DNA of 63,568 nt, filler included, from an uncultured Methanoregulaceae archaeon (GTDB lineage Archaea; Halobacteriota; Methanomicrobia; Methanomicrobiales; Methanospirillaceae), in NCBI GenBank assembly GCA_964530035.1. It is 14 parts of 14 records of this genome, joined end to end, with 100 filler letters (N's around TTAATTAATTAA, not from the genome) between each part and the next. Parts side by side here need not be neighbours in the genome. Positions count along the whole stretch, not along the records: positions 9,889 to 14,650 come from CAZGXZ010000177.1; positions 14,751 to 19,369 come from CAZGXZ010000179.1; positions 19,470 to 24,086 come from CAZGXZ010000180.1; 11 more parts are not named here. One strand, 5' to 3'. The position numbers and the translations under genes are program-made. The notes below the pieces were generated by a model. It was given only the letters and a program-made list of their open reading frames with translations, was not told the DNA's origin and did no database searches. The first letter of the stretch is position 1; each line of letters starts with the position of its first letter. Shown piece by piece: positions 11,471-21,838 of this stretch.

Positions 11471-11791
11471 TTATTGCTTCTTCCGACAGAATATCGCCCC
11501 CAGGATGCCAAGGATAATACCGGCAGCCACGGCAACCCCGAGCGCGACCGTCAGCATCTCTTCAAGGGCTGCCACCTGTGCGTAGGGCACCTGGGTCACT
11601 GCGATGACGACTACGACCACAGCGACAGGAAGTACGATGAGGATCAGACGGGAATCCGGTTTATTGTCCGCTGAGACCTGGTCCGTCTGTTGTACGGGAC
11701 GGATCTGCTGGTCTCCCGTGAGGCCGGCACCGCACGTCGTGCAGAACCTGGCACCGTCCCGGTTCCTTGCCCCGCATTGGGAACAGAACAC
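11471..11791 (-). CDS. Zinc-ribbon membrane protein
   Basis: MFCSQCG...ARFCTTCG followed by two hydrophobic segments. Confidence 0.75.
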   Translation of the reverse strand: MFCSQCGARNRDGARFCTTCGAGLTGDQQIRPVQQTDQVSADNKPDSRLILIVLPVAVVVVVIAVTQVPYAQVAALEEMLTVALGVAVAAGIILGILGAIFCRKKQ

Positions 11792-12070
11792 CTGTGACCA
11801 CTACCTTCAGGTTCAAAAACGTACCAGCAAGGGATAACAGTAGCTATCTCTCTGGTGCCGCTTCTCATCGGATGCCGGTATGGCCTCCTCCAACCCGTTG
11901 TGCTCTATATACTGGCACCGGATTCTCTCTCCTGATTCATTCGCCCTGACGAGGGCCATCCGGGCGGAAACCCATGAGGATGTCCCGGGCCGTATCACTG
12001 CCCTGGCCATGGACGGTCTAATAACGTGGCAGGTCATACGGTATTGCGTTCAACTGGCAACGGTATTTTC

Positions 12071-13519
12071 ATGGATGAGAAAGGGACCGATACGGACTTC
12101 AGGGCACTGTTAGACAATACTTCAGAGGCGGTCCTCGTCCATGACCTGGAAGGGAGGATCCTGTATGCAAACCCGGCAGCCCTGGCGCTTGCAGGGGACA
12201 CTTCACTTGAGATCGCGATGAAAAGGTCGATATTCGACCACATCCCCAGGACGGTCGCAGACGAAGGGCGGAAGGCGATCGAGCAGCTTCTGAAGGGTGA
12301 ACAACTCCCGCCGGTTGTTGCCCCGTTGTTCCTGGTGAACGGCGACCGGATCGATGTCGAAATACTGCTGAACCTGGTGCAGTTCAGGGGGCAGAAAGCC
12401 GTCCAGGTATCCCTGCGTGACCTCACCCGGCAGAAGTCGATGGAAGAAGTCCTCACCGAGCGACTGGAAACGGAACGGGCGCTTATCAACAGCCCGGTGG
12501 ACATCGCGGTCCTCATTGACGCGGACGGCACTATCCTCAACTTCAACGATAATTATGCCAGGATCCTCGGCCGTTCCCGTGAAGACCTCCTTGGCAGGTG
12601 TGTGTGGGACCTGATGCCCCCGGACATGAAAGCCCGCCGGACCGCACTCATTGACCAGCATCAATGGTCAGGCCAGCCCCTCCGCCTCGAGGAGGAGCAA
12701 GGCGGCAGGTGGTACGACACCTGCATAAACCCCCTCCTGTCTTCCCGAGGGACCGTCACCCGGGTCGTCATAACCGCGAGGGACATCACCGACCGTAAAA
12801 AAGCCGAAACCCAGCGGGAGGAATCCATCAGGAGCCTGAAAAAAAGCAACGATGACCTGGAACTGTTCGCCCATATCGCCGCCCACGACCTCCAGGAACC
12901 TATCCGTGCCATCGTCGCGTTCTCCGAGCTCCTGCTCCGCAACTGCAGGGCCGGGACATCGTCGGCAGACGAACGGTACCTGATGAAGATAGAGCAGGCC
13001 GGCCTGCGGATGCACCGGCTCATCGATGACCTTCGCCAGTACTCGGGCGTGCGGGCGGAGGATGTCAGGCCCGAGATAACCGACATGGAGGAGGCCTTTA
13101 CAGGTGCCCTCACGAACATTCATTTTGCCGTCCAGGAGTCCGGGGCGTCGATAACGCATGACCCCCTCCCGACCATCCCGTTTCACAGGACCAGGGCGGT
13201 CCAGGTCTTCCAGGCCCTTTTGGAAAACGCCGTCAAGTTCCGGAAGGAGGGGGAGCCCCCACGGGTCCATGTCTCTGTCACGGCCCTTGAAGGCACGTGG
13301 CGTTTTGGTATTCAGGACAACGGGATCGGCATCAGGCCCGAATACCATGACAAGGTCTTTGTCCTGTTCGAGCGCCTCCACACTGAAGACGTGTATCCCG
13401 GGACAGGGCTCGGCCTCGCCCTCTGCAAGCGGATCATCGAGCAGCACGGGGGAAGGATCTGGGTCGAGTCGGAGCTCGGCAAGGGCTCCACCTTCTGGTT
13501 CACCCTGAAAAGGGAGTAG
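12071..13519 (+). CDS. PAS-PAS sensor histidine kinase
   Basis: Two PAS/PAC repeats, H-box AHDLQEP, N-box ENAVKF, DNGIG, GTGLGL. Confidence 0.93.
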   Translation: MDEKGTDTDFRALLDNTSEAVLVHDLEGRILYANPAALALAGDTSLEIAMKRSIFDHIPRTVADEGRKAIEQLLKGEQLPPVVAPLFLVNGDRIDVEILLNLVQFRGQKAVQVSLRDLTRQKSMEEVLTERLETERALINSPVDIAVLIDADGTILNFNDNYARILGRSREDLLGRCVWDLMPPDMKARRTALIDQHQWSGQPLRLEEEQGGRWYDTCINPLLSSRGTVTRVVITARDITDRKKAETQREESIRSLKKSNDDLELFAHIAAHDLQEPIRAIVAFSELLLRNCRAGTSSADERYLMKIEQAGLRMHRLIDDLRQYSGVRAEDVRPEITDMEEAFTGALTNIHFAVQESGASITHDPLPTIPFHRTRAVQVFQALLENAVKFRKEGEPPRVHVSVTALEGTWRFGIQDNGIGIRPEYHDKVFVLFERLHTEDVYPGTGLGLALCKRIIEQHGGRIWVESELGKGSTFWFTLKRE

Positions 13520-13626
13520 GGGCTGCTGACGCTGCCCCGGGGCTTCACGATCCGGAGCCTGGATATCCTTGTGATGGCGCGCCTATCGGGCCAGGAATTA
13601 TCCTCTCCTCTTTTAATCCCTTTTAT

Positions 13627-14649
13627 TCAGACCGCTTCCTTCCACTGGCAGGAACAGTGGCGGAAGTCCATCAGGGCTGCCGATGCACAGTCCTTGCAGA
13701 TCCGGGCAGGTGCCGCCGCGACACCCTTGTGAAGGGCGATGATGTTCGTCATGAGGGTCGCCGTGACCGGTTCGCTCGTGAGGAGGCACGGGTAGTCCGA
13801 GAGGCGCATCATTGCCGAGAACCGCACGGTCATCGCACAGGCGGGATAGGTGTACCGTTGCGGGTTGGCGAGCACCTCGTTTTCATGGATCGGCGACAGG
13901 TCGACCTCGGACCCGCCCACCTTCGGCCGCACGATGCCAGGGGTGCTGCTCTGCATCCTCCGGGCCTTGTCGACTAACTTCCAGCCACGGTAGATCATGT
14001 CCATGAAGTCGCAGTTGTGGAGCTCGATAGCCGCCCCACGCCTTGGGTACAGCTGGACATAGTTGTGGTACCGCTTTGTGAGCATGTCCACGACCATGAT
14101 GGCGTTGAAGCCGTCGAGCTCGAGGATGTATTCTGCGGCGCTCGCCGAGGCCCCGGTGGCGACCGAGAGCACCTGGTTCTCGTTTGTTATGTTCCGGGCG
14201 GCAGCCGCCAGCGTCCGGTCCATCACGGCGGTGACGGCCTCGATAACGGCCATGACCACGTCGTCCGTGCACCTGTTGTACGTGGACTGGGAGATGTGGT
14301 GGGCGATATCACCGACACAGTAGGCCGGGACGGTCACTATGTTGCCGTAGTGGACCCCCTCGTCGAGGGAGGCCTTCACTGCCCCCTTCATTCTTGCCCG
14401 GTACTCCTTCATGTATTTCCGGCAGTCGAATGAGGACTGTCCCACGCTGTCCATCAGCTGTGCCTGGGCCTCGACCGGGGTGTCGTAGATGGACCGGACC
14501 ATGGCGACCTCCTTGTCGACCGCGTCGGCAAGCGTCGCCCCGTTCTCGACCGCATGGGCGAAAATGTCGCCGATCCCATACGAGGTGTTCATCGCCCACG
14601 ACTTTGCGGCGAGAATCGTCTGTTTATGAGCAGCAGGAATGTCGGTGGT
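13627..14649 (-). CDS. DUF2193-family protein (5' truncated)
   Basis: VHYGNIVTVPAYCVGD..HHI, ELHNCDFMD and C-terminal CKDC..C; frame open to the contig edge. Confidence 0.7.
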   Translation of the reverse strand, partial: TTDIPAAHKQTILAAKSWAMNTSYGIGDIFAHAVENGATLADAVDKEVAMVRSIYDTPVEAQAQLMDSVGQSSFDCRKYMKEYRARMKGAVKASLDEGVHYGNIVTVPAYCVGDIAHHISQSTYNRCTDDVVMAVIEAVTAVMDRTLAAAARNITNENQVLSVATGASASAAEYILELDGFNAIMVVDMLTKRYHNYVQLYPRRGAAIELHNCDFMDMIYRGWKLVDKARRMQSSTPGIVRPKVGGSEVDLSPIHENEVLANPQRYTYPACAMTVRFSAMMRLSDYPCLLTSEPVTATLMTNIIALHKGVAAAPARICKDCASAALMDFRHCSCQWKEAV

Positions 14650-14751
14650 CNNNNNNNNNNNNNNNNNNNNNNNNNNNNNNNNNNNNNNNNNNNNTTAATT
14701 AATTAANNNNNNNNNNNNNNNNNNNNNNNNNNNNNNNNNNNNNNNNNNNNC

Positions 14752-15379
14752 AATCCTGTTTGGTTTCAACATCATCCCCGCCTTCCCCATGGACGGCGGG
14801 CGGGTGCTCCGTGCCTGGCTTGCAAAACGGATGCCACTTGAGCGGGCGACAAAGATTGCCTCCGACATCGGCAGGGCATTTTCCGTCGTCTTCGGGATCG
14901 TCGGGGTCCTGACCCTTGACTTCATCCTCGTCCTGATCGCAATCTTCATCTATATCGGGGCTTCCCAGGAGTCGACCCAGGTCAGGTACGCAGCTCTCTT
15001 AAAGGACGTGACCATGGGTGACATCATGAGCCGTCCGGTCTCAGTCGTCCCCCCGTATATGCCCCTCCATGAGGTTGTCTCGCTCATGTATGCCACGAAG
15101 CACCTTGGGTTCCCGGTCGTTGACAAGGGGGTGCTCGTGGGGATGGTGACGGTAGCCGATGTCCATGCCATGTCCTCCATCGACCGGGACGCCATGCAGG
15201 TCAGGGACATCATGTCGCGGCGGCCTGTCACGCTCCCGCCCGGGGCCCCGGTAACCGAGGCGCTGCGGCTGATGACCGTATCAGATATTGGCAGGATCCC
15301 CGTGGTCTCGGAGGGTGTCCTGGTCGGGATCGTCACACGGACCGACATCTTCAAGGTTATTGAACTGAAGGGGATCTGA
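14752..15379 (+). CDS. Site-2 (M50) metalloprotease with tandem CBS domains (5' truncated)
   Basis: FNIIPAFPMDGGRV motif followed by two CBS repeats. Confidence 0.9.
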
Positions 15380-15431
15380 CCGTCCTGCGGGATCCCGTCA
15401 GGCAGCTCCCGGATGCTGCCGGAAATGGGGA

Positions 15432-17078
15432 TCAGGAAAAACTGAACAGGATGTCTGTCGGGAGTGGCCCGGTAAGCGATTCCAGGTCAGAGCGGCTTGA
15501 AAACGGGCGTTTTGATGCAATAAGCCCTGCCTTCTTCTTCCCGATGCCCGGTATCCATCCCAGTGCCGCAACCGGGAGGGAATTGACCGGTACGGGACAG
15601 GGCAGGGCGGTCAGCGACCGGGAGCCGTATCCGACGACGAGGGCGTCGCAGACCGTCTTTTTGGTCATCCGGAGTGGAAAACCCACGAGGATCGGGTAGG
15701 AACCCATCTGTCTCCCGAACGAGGGACTGCCCTCCACCTCGGTGATGACCTCTTTGAGGACCGTCCCCGGAGGGAAGACCTTTGCAAGCATGATATGGTC
15801 AAATCGTTCGCGGACGGTGGTCTTGAAACGAGAGAACCGTTTTTCATGGCGGCGGAGGGTATTGTCCGAGAAAGCCCGGGTTCCGGGGAAGGGCATCAGC
15901 TGCCTGATGTTCACCCTCCGTACCAGGAGACCGGCTGCAATGATGCGGGCAAGGAACTCCTCGTTCCTGTCATAGGTCGAGGGGGTCTCCCCGGCCAGCC
16001 CGCACACGAAGTTGAGGCCGGGGAGGAGGTCGGGGACATTGTCCCTCCGATGTGCACCGACCTCGTTCACGACCTCGATGGCCCGGAAGACCTCGTCGGG
16101 TGAGGCCTTGAGGTTGTTTGCCCGGATGACTTCAGGGTCGGCGGTCTCCATCCCGAACGCCGCAACGTCCCCAGGTGTATGTCCGGCGACGATAACCGCA
16201 AGTGCTTCCCGTGCCTCGTCCTCGAAGCGGGCTATCGTCCCGGGGTTGATGTTGTCGATATGGAGGGTCTTTAAACCGGGTGCCGCCTGCCTGATCCCGG
16301 AAAAGAGCTCCCCGAGGGCACCGGGGTCAGGGCGGGGAGTCTCGCCGGGCCCCGAGCGGTATGCCAGCAGGTCGGGTTGTCTGCCCAGGCGGAAATGAAG
16401 CGCCCCGTGGGAGCAGAGCGCTGCGACCTCACCAGCTATTCCGGCAGAGCCCCGGTATACCGGAGGGCCGTAGAAGGGTTCGGTGCAGAACGAGCAGCCC
16501 CCGGTCACGGACCTGGCGCATCCCCTCGCGGTCTCGAGCTCGCACATTACGTGGGGGAACGAGGGGTGCTGCCTGATAACATGGCTCCCGAGCACCCCCC
16601 ACCGGTCCTCGAGGGTGTAATCCTGTCGGGACGGCCCCTCCTCCCCGCGGACCCAGGCGTCCACCGCTTCCGCAGGGGGCCCCTTGAGGACCGCCGAAAA
16701 ACCCGTCCCTTCAAGCGGCACGGCATGCCTCCCGCCTGCACCGGCATACCCGAATGTCACCGGGCCGCACAGTGCCGACCGTCCGCCCCTGCAGAGGTGG
16801 CCTATCTGCCTGATGTCCGTGAGCGTCGCCGGGCTTCCCCCGAGGTAGGCCCCTGGGACCGTCGTCCCTGCGACCATGACTACGATCGGGGCCGTCCTGA
16901 TGAGTTCCCCTAGCGACGGGTCGTCCCGGAGCTGGTCTATGGTGAGGTACGTGCAGGAGAGGCGGTGCTCCTCCAGGACCCCGGCTATCGTCCTGATGTA
17001 CGGGGAGACATAGGGCGGGACGCCGAGACATGCCGGCTCATCGACATACCCGTCGACTAAAAGCGCCTTAGCAGTCAT
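15432..17078 (-). CDS. Radical SAM protein with TRAM-like and C-terminal helix-hairpin-helix domains (COG1031-like)
   Basis: DGYVDEPACLGVPPY, C-x7-C-x2-C (GCARSVTGGCSFC), GRQMGSYP, IPGIGKK. Confidence 0.85.
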   Translation of the reverse strand: MTAKALLVDGYVDEPACLGVPPYVSPYIRTIAGVLEEHRLSCTYLTIDQLRDDPSLGELIRTAPIVVMVAGTTVPGAYLGGSPATLTDIRQIGHLCRGGRSALCGPVTFGYAGAGGRHAVPLEGTGFSAVLKGPPAEAVDAWVRGEEGPSRQDYTLEDRWGVLGSHVIRQHPSFPHVMCELETARGCARSVTGGCSFCTEPFYGPPVYRGSAGIAGEVAALCSHGALHFRLGRQPDLLAYRSGPGETPRPDPGALGELFSGIRQAAPGLKTLHIDNINPGTIARFEDEAREALAVIVAGHTPGDVAAFGMETADPEVIRANNLKASPDEVFRAIEVVNEVGAHRRDNVPDLLPGLNFVCGLAGETPSTYDRNEEFLARIIAAGLLVRRVNIRQLMPFPGTRAFSDNTLRRHEKRFSRFKTTVRERFDHIMLAKVFPPGTVLKEVITEVEGSPSFGRQMGSYPILVGFPLRMTKKTVCDALVVGYGSRSLTALPCPVPVNSLPVAALGWIPGIGKKKAGLIASKRPFSSRSDLESLTGPLPTDILFSFS

Positions 17079-17688
17079 ACCCGAGACGTGCGAGGAGCCG
17101 CTTCGCCCAGATAAGCTTGCCCCGTTTCATGGGATTGACCCTGGTATCCCCGCAGTCGAAGCCGACGAGCCGCACGGAGGCCGCCCCGAGGTGAAGCACG
17201 CCGTAGACCGCCCTGTCCCCGTCTGAAAACCCCCCGAAGTTGTAGACCCCGGGGACCGGGGAGGCCTGTGTTGTCAGGACCAGTGGTCCCCGGATACCCG
17301 GCACCCATTCCTCGAGGAGAGGGATGTTGTCCCCGTGGGCATGGACGACGAGCACGGTCCCGAGAAGGTTCATTTCAGAAAACTGTTCGTCGGCCCCGTC
17401 AAGGTCGGTAAAGATGACTTCGGGCCGTATCCCGTTCTCATAGAGCACAAGGGCCGCTGCATCCGCCGCACACACAACTCCTGAAATTCCCGGGATATTT
17501 TCAACGAGAGACGGAGCGTTGCCGCACACCGTCACATCCCTGCCTTTGACCAGTCCTTCGAGGAGATGCAGGTCATCATGCGGTGAAAGGATGGCCGCCC
17601 GGTCGCGTGCCGCCTCGTCAGCCGCCCTGTCAAACTGGAAATAGTCCAGTATCTCCTGGTACAGGGGCTCCCACTCAGAGAACTCCAT
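17068..17688 (-). CDS. mptE: 6-hydroxymethyl-7,8-dihydropterin pyrophosphokinase (DUF115)
   Basis: W...Y.EI, AADAA, TDLDG, HAHGDN, NFGGFSDGDRA and LVGFD motifs. Confidence 0.88.
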   Translation of the reverse strand: MEFSEWEPLYQEILDYFQFDRAADEAARDRAAILSPHDDLHLLEGLVKGRDVTVCGNAPSLVENIPGISGVVCAADAAALVLYENGIRPEVIFTDLDGADEQFSEMNLLGTVLVVHAHGDNIPLLEEWVPGIRGPLVLTTQASPVPGVYNFGGFSDGDRAVYGVLHLGAASVRLVGFDCGDTRVNPMKRGKLIWAKRLLARLGYDC

Positions 17689-19204
17689 TGTCCTCCCTGG
17701 GATCGCTTCCGTTCCCCTTCCTCTCGGTCTTCTGGGAGATGTCAAGACGTTTTCCATCCCGTTCGAGCCCGACGATATCTGAAAACCGTTCCAGGATCTG
17801 CCCGATGACGAGGGAGAGCAGGGTTTCCTTGTCGCTTACCCGGGCGAAGTATCGGAGCGGGATCGTTGCCGCCGCCATGTTTGCGTGTCCGCCGGCATCC
17901 CCTATCTCCCCGAAAGCTTCTGAGAAGACGTTCCCGATATGGAGCCGCAGGTCGCGGTTCCGGGCCGAGATGATAATGGCGGTCTCTGTTATCCCGTATA
18001 CCAGGGCGGTGTTGACTCCTTCCAGGTTTATAAGGAGGTCCGCCGCCTGGGGGAGGGCGTCGCGGTTCCTGACATACCCGACATCGGAGAAGAGATACCC
18101 GCTTATGACCCGGCGGTTCGTGATCGCGGTCCCGAGGACGTCAAGGGTCTCCATGGACAGCGAGGGGGAGATGATCTTGTCGAGGAGGTCGGAGTCGGAG
18201 AGGGGGAGGAGAAACCCGGCATTGCAAAGGTCATCAGGGGTCACACCCCTCCGGAAGTCCTTGGTATCGGAACGAATCCCGTAGAGGAGCCCGGTGGCGA
18301 CCTTCCGGTCAAGGGGAATGCCGAGTTCGCGCACATACTCGGTAAGGATGCTCGCCGTGGCTCCGAGCCCGGAACGGAGGTCTACGAACTCCGGTTCAGG
18401 ACCCGTGTGCTGGCCGTTTGAATGGTGGTCAATGACGATGTCAACCCTGGCACCCGGTGAAAGGCCGTTGTTCACCCCGGGAGCCGGACTGTCCACAAGG
18501 GCGAAGTACTGGCATTCGGCCAGCGATGCCGGGCTTAACCGCTCCATCCTGATGTCGAGGAGGTTCACGAGTGTCCTGTTTTCCTGGTGGCCGATGGTGC
18601 CGTCATAGAAAATCCGGGTCTTCAGGCGGTCGGAGCCTGCGATCCTGGCGATCGCCGAGAGGGCAAGGGCGCTTGATATGGCGTCGGGGTCCGGGTTGTT
18701 GTGTGTTATGATGCCCAGCGTCCCCTCGTACCCGTTCAGGAGGGAGAAAAGACGCTTCGACATCCGGGAGATGTGGAGTTTTTTAATCTCTGTCACAGCC
18801 GCCCTTGCCACGACGAGCTGGGGATAAAGGACAAGGTCGGCACCTTCGGACTCCATGAGGCTGGCCGAAAGGGAGTCTGCCGCGCGGACCACAACATGGG
18901 CTGCGGGGCATGCCGCCTTTATCGTCCTTAATGCTGCCAGGTTTGCTTCAGGGTCGTCGCTTAAAATAAAGACTATGTCAAAGACCGGGATGTCCCTCAG
19001 GAGGTCAGGGCTCCTGATGTCCCGCAACCGGGTGTCGAACTGCTCGTCACGGAGTTCCTGGACGCGCTTTTCATCCCGTTCAAGGATAAGGACGCTCTTC
19101 TGCTCATCCACGAGCTCGCGGAGTACGTGGTAACCGGTGCTGCCGCACCCGCAGATCAGGTACTTGGCCCTCCTGTCCCTGGCTGGCTGCGTCCCCTCCT
19201 GCAT
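17675..19204 (-). CDS. RCK_N (TrkA-N)-DHH-DHHA1 phosphoesterase
   Basis: GCGSTG Rossmann motif, HNNPDPDA, IDHH, GIRSDT, AGGH. Confidence 0.88.
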   Translation of the reverse strand: MQEGTQPARDRRAKYLICGCGSTGYHVLRELVDEQKSVLILERDEKRVQELRDEQFDTRLRDIRSPDLLRDIPVFDIVFILSDDPEANLAALRTIKAACPAAHVVVRAADSLSASLMESEGADLVLYPQLVVARAAVTEIKKLHISRMSKRLFSLLNGYEGTLGIITHNNPDPDAISSALALSAIARIAGSDRLKTRIFYDGTIGHQENRTLVNLLDIRMERLSPASLAECQYFALVDSPAPGVNNGLSPGARVDIVIDHHSNGQHTGPEPEFVDLRSGLGATASILTEYVRELGIPLDRKVATGLLYGIRSDTKDFRRGVTPDDLCNAGFLLPLSDSDLLDKIISPSLSMETLDVLGTAITNRRVISGYLFSDVGYVRNRDALPQAADLLINLEGVNTALVYGITETAIIISARNRDLRLHIGNVFSEAFGEIGDAGGHANMAAATIPLRYFARVSDKETLLSLVIGQILERFSDIVGLERDGKRLDISQKTERKGNGSDPREDNGVL

Positions 19205-19317
19205 ACTATCGTTTTTACCCGCATCTCCTATTAAATGCGTGACGCCAGGCAGCACGTGGTGGCGGATATTGAATCGAAACCTTTATTCGAATCGCAAAAC
19301 CACAGAATAAGGCACAC

Positions 19318-19369
19318 GGGCTTGTAGCTTAGTTCGGAAGAGCGACGGACTCTTAATCCGTAGGTCAAG
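19318..19369 (+). tRNA. tRNA-Lys(CTT), 3' truncated at the contig end
   Basis: GGGCTTGTAGCTTAG..; anticodon arm ACGGA-CTCTTAA-TCCGT. Confidence 0.9.
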
Positions 19370-19469
19370 NNNNNNNNNNNNNNNNNNNNNNNNNNNNNNN
19401 NNNNNNNNNNNNNTTAATTAATTAANNNNNNNNNNNNNNNNNNNNNNNNNNNNNNNNNNNNNNNNNNNN

Positions 19470-20726
19470 GTACAACCTGCAGAGCAGCTTTACCAGGGTT
19501 GTCTTTCCCGAACCGTTCTCTCCGACGAGGGCCACGGTCCGGCCCCGGGGAATGGCAAGACTGATATCGGAGAGGGCGGCCTGGTCCGACCCGGGATACC
19601 TGAAGGAAACGTGGTCGAAACGGATCTCATCCTGGATCGGGGCGGGGAACGGTTTCGGGCGTTCCGGCTCCCTGATCCCAGGGGTGATATCAAGGAATTC
19701 GTAGAGGCTCGTCAGGAAAATCGCGTCTTCATACAGCCCGGCCACACCGGTAAGAAGCGTATTCATGAAGGCCTGGCTCTGCTGGATAATCCCGAAATAG
19801 AAGACCAGGTCTCCGACCGAGATGCTGCCCTGGACAGCCCGGTACACTACGACAGCGAGTGCGATGAAGAGGCCAAGGACGGCAAGGGACTGGGCTGCAA
19901 GGTCAGCACCAACTCTCTTCGCCGATATATCGAGGTACTCCCGGCGCAGCTCCCTCCGGAGGTCCTTGTATCTCCCCTTGAACCGTGGGCCAAGGTTGAA
20001 GAGCCTGATCTCCTTTGCATGGCTGTCACTGGTGAGCATCCAGTGGTAATACCAGCTCCGGCGTTCCTTCGGGGTCCTGCTGCGCCTCCAGGAGTACAGC
20101 CTGCCGGCATACTTCCAGCGTATGTAGGCGACAGGGATGATGGCCAGGAGGAGGACCACTGCGAGGACCCAGCTGAAGGAGATCAGGATAACCGCTATGG
20201 CTGCCAGCGTGACCGTACTCTGTCCTACCTGGACGAGTCCGTTCACGATACGGGTGGGACGGACCGGCGCCTCCATCTGCGCCCGGTAAAAGGTGTCATA
20301 ATACGCGGGGTTTTCATAGTATTCCAGGTCTACCTCGACGGATTTTGCATGCATGACGTCCTGGACGTGGTCGGTGGTGAGTGCGGACTGGACCTCGCTG
20401 ACATGCATAGAGAGCGACCGGGTAACCACAGTAGCCAGGCTTGTCCCGCACAGGAGGGCTATCAGGACAATAACGGGGATAAACGCCTCCTGCATCGTAC
20501 CGGACGCTATCGCGGCCGTGACCGCATCGATGATGAGTTTCAACAGGTATAATGAGACCAGAGGCAGGATTCCCTGCAGGACAACAAGGACCGAGCCCGC
20601 TACCGTCCATCCCGGGGCACTTTCCCATACGAGGGCCACCGCCCTCCGGAGGGTGAGGAACGTGTCAAGTTTCCTGTGAAGGCCATGAATTCCCGGCGTG
20701 GTCCTGGTTTCCTCTCCGGAGCTCAT
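19470..20726 (-). CDS. ABC exporter, fused permease and ATPase (lasso cluster D-type), 3' truncated
   Basis: N-terminal TM helices, AKEIRLF, Walker [10 protein letters not shown]. Confidence 0.9.
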
Positions 20727-20851
20727 CTCATTTCACCCTTCCCGTCTCCTGTCATGGCCGGCTGATCCCTAACCTCTCTACCATTACCTCATCAGCATTT
20801 CCTTTTGAAAATGTCCGTTTTGCTGGGAAACGGACAAATAGGGTCTGGTCA

Positions 20852-21838
20852 TCACAACCCCGCGAGATCCTCGAGAATGGCCTCGTCCACCTGTCGGAGG
20901 TGCTTAAACCCGGACGGATAGTACAGGCGTCGCATGGGGACCTGCACCACCAGGCGCCCAAAAAACATCATCCTCTGCACCTCCAGCCCGAGTGCCTCGA
21001 CGATTGAAATTGAAAACGAGTTCCGGACAAGCTCGATAAGGGCATCCCTTGGCGGGACCGGCTCGATGAGTATATCATCAGAACTTTCCTGCCGTCTTGG
21101 AAGATAAAGGGCCTTTATCGGTTGCTTTGTGTTGCAAAAGGTCCCGAATCCCTCCTCTCCGACAGGAACCCGGCGTTTGTCGAACCAGGGATGTACTATC
21201 TCCAGGTCATTATGTCGTCCCAGGAAGAACCGTGCCTCGTCGGGCCACATCCGCATGCAGGGATACCCGGGCCTGCAGAAAAACGTGCCATTGGACTCCT
21301 CCACGGGCATGATGTCGTCGGTCAGGAGAGCGTAGCCCTGTTGCACGAGTGATGCCGCAAGAGTACTTTTCCCGCCCTTGTTCGTTGACAGGAAACCGAC
21401 AGCACCGGCATCCGTCTGCACGGCAGAGGCATGGATTGCCGGGATACCATGCTTTTCGAGCCAGAGTGAGAGTACCTCCCCGAGCAGGAGGATCTCCACG
21501 AGGAATTCATAGTCAGGGTCCTGCACACAAGCGTCAATGTGGTCGTCGAACAGGTAGAAATCAACGGTCCGTGTAAAACGGACGACATCGCATTCTCCCG
21601 TCCTGTAGATCACCTGGAGGGGTTCACCGTCTTCAAGAACAGACCCCGAACGATAGACCGGTTTTGTACCCTTCCAGTCATCAGGGACCGGGGGGTTGTC
21701 AACCACGTTAAACCGGACATCAGGTTTACCGGATCCCTTGACAAACCTGTTTTTAAACGGATAGTCGCTTGCTAGAGTCAGCCCATAGAGCGTGTGATGC
21801 CATTCCAGTCCGGAGGAAGGGCCGGTATCATGAGACAC
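20852..21838 (-). CDS. HPr-kinase-like peptide kinase (lasso tailoring kinase type)
   Basis: IHASAV, variant P-loop STNKGGKST, LLTDD; probable GTG start at 21838 after GAGGAG, overlapping the upstream stop. Confidence 0.85.
   Translation of the reverse strand: MSHDTGPSSGLEWHHTLYGLTLASDYPFKNRFVKGSGKPDVRFNVVDNPPVPDDWKGTKPVYRSGSVLEDGEPLQVIYRTGECDVVRFTRTVDFYLFDDHIDACVQDPDYEFLVEILLLGEVLSLWLEKHGIPAIHASAVQTDAGAVGFLSTNKGGKSTLAASLVQQGYALLTDDIMPVEESNGTFFCRPGYPCMRMWPDEARFFLGRHNDLEIVHPWFDKRRVPVGEEGFGTFCNTKQPIKALYLPRRQESSDDILIEPVPPRDALIELVRNSFSISIVEALGLEVQRMMFFGRLVVQVPMRRLYYPSGFKHLRQVDEAILEDLAGL

Noticed and set aside
19611..20552. Long opposite-strand or alternate-frame ORFs (e.g. 19611-20552, 12668-13447, 56929-57804, 62524-63519)
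   Set aside because: Shadows of well-supported genes in GC-rich sequence, with no recognisable motifs.
20812..20836. 9-bp hairpin TGTCCGTTT/AAACGGACA between the kinase and ABC genes
   Set aside because: A real inverted repeat, but a single instance; no function can be assigned from sequence alone.
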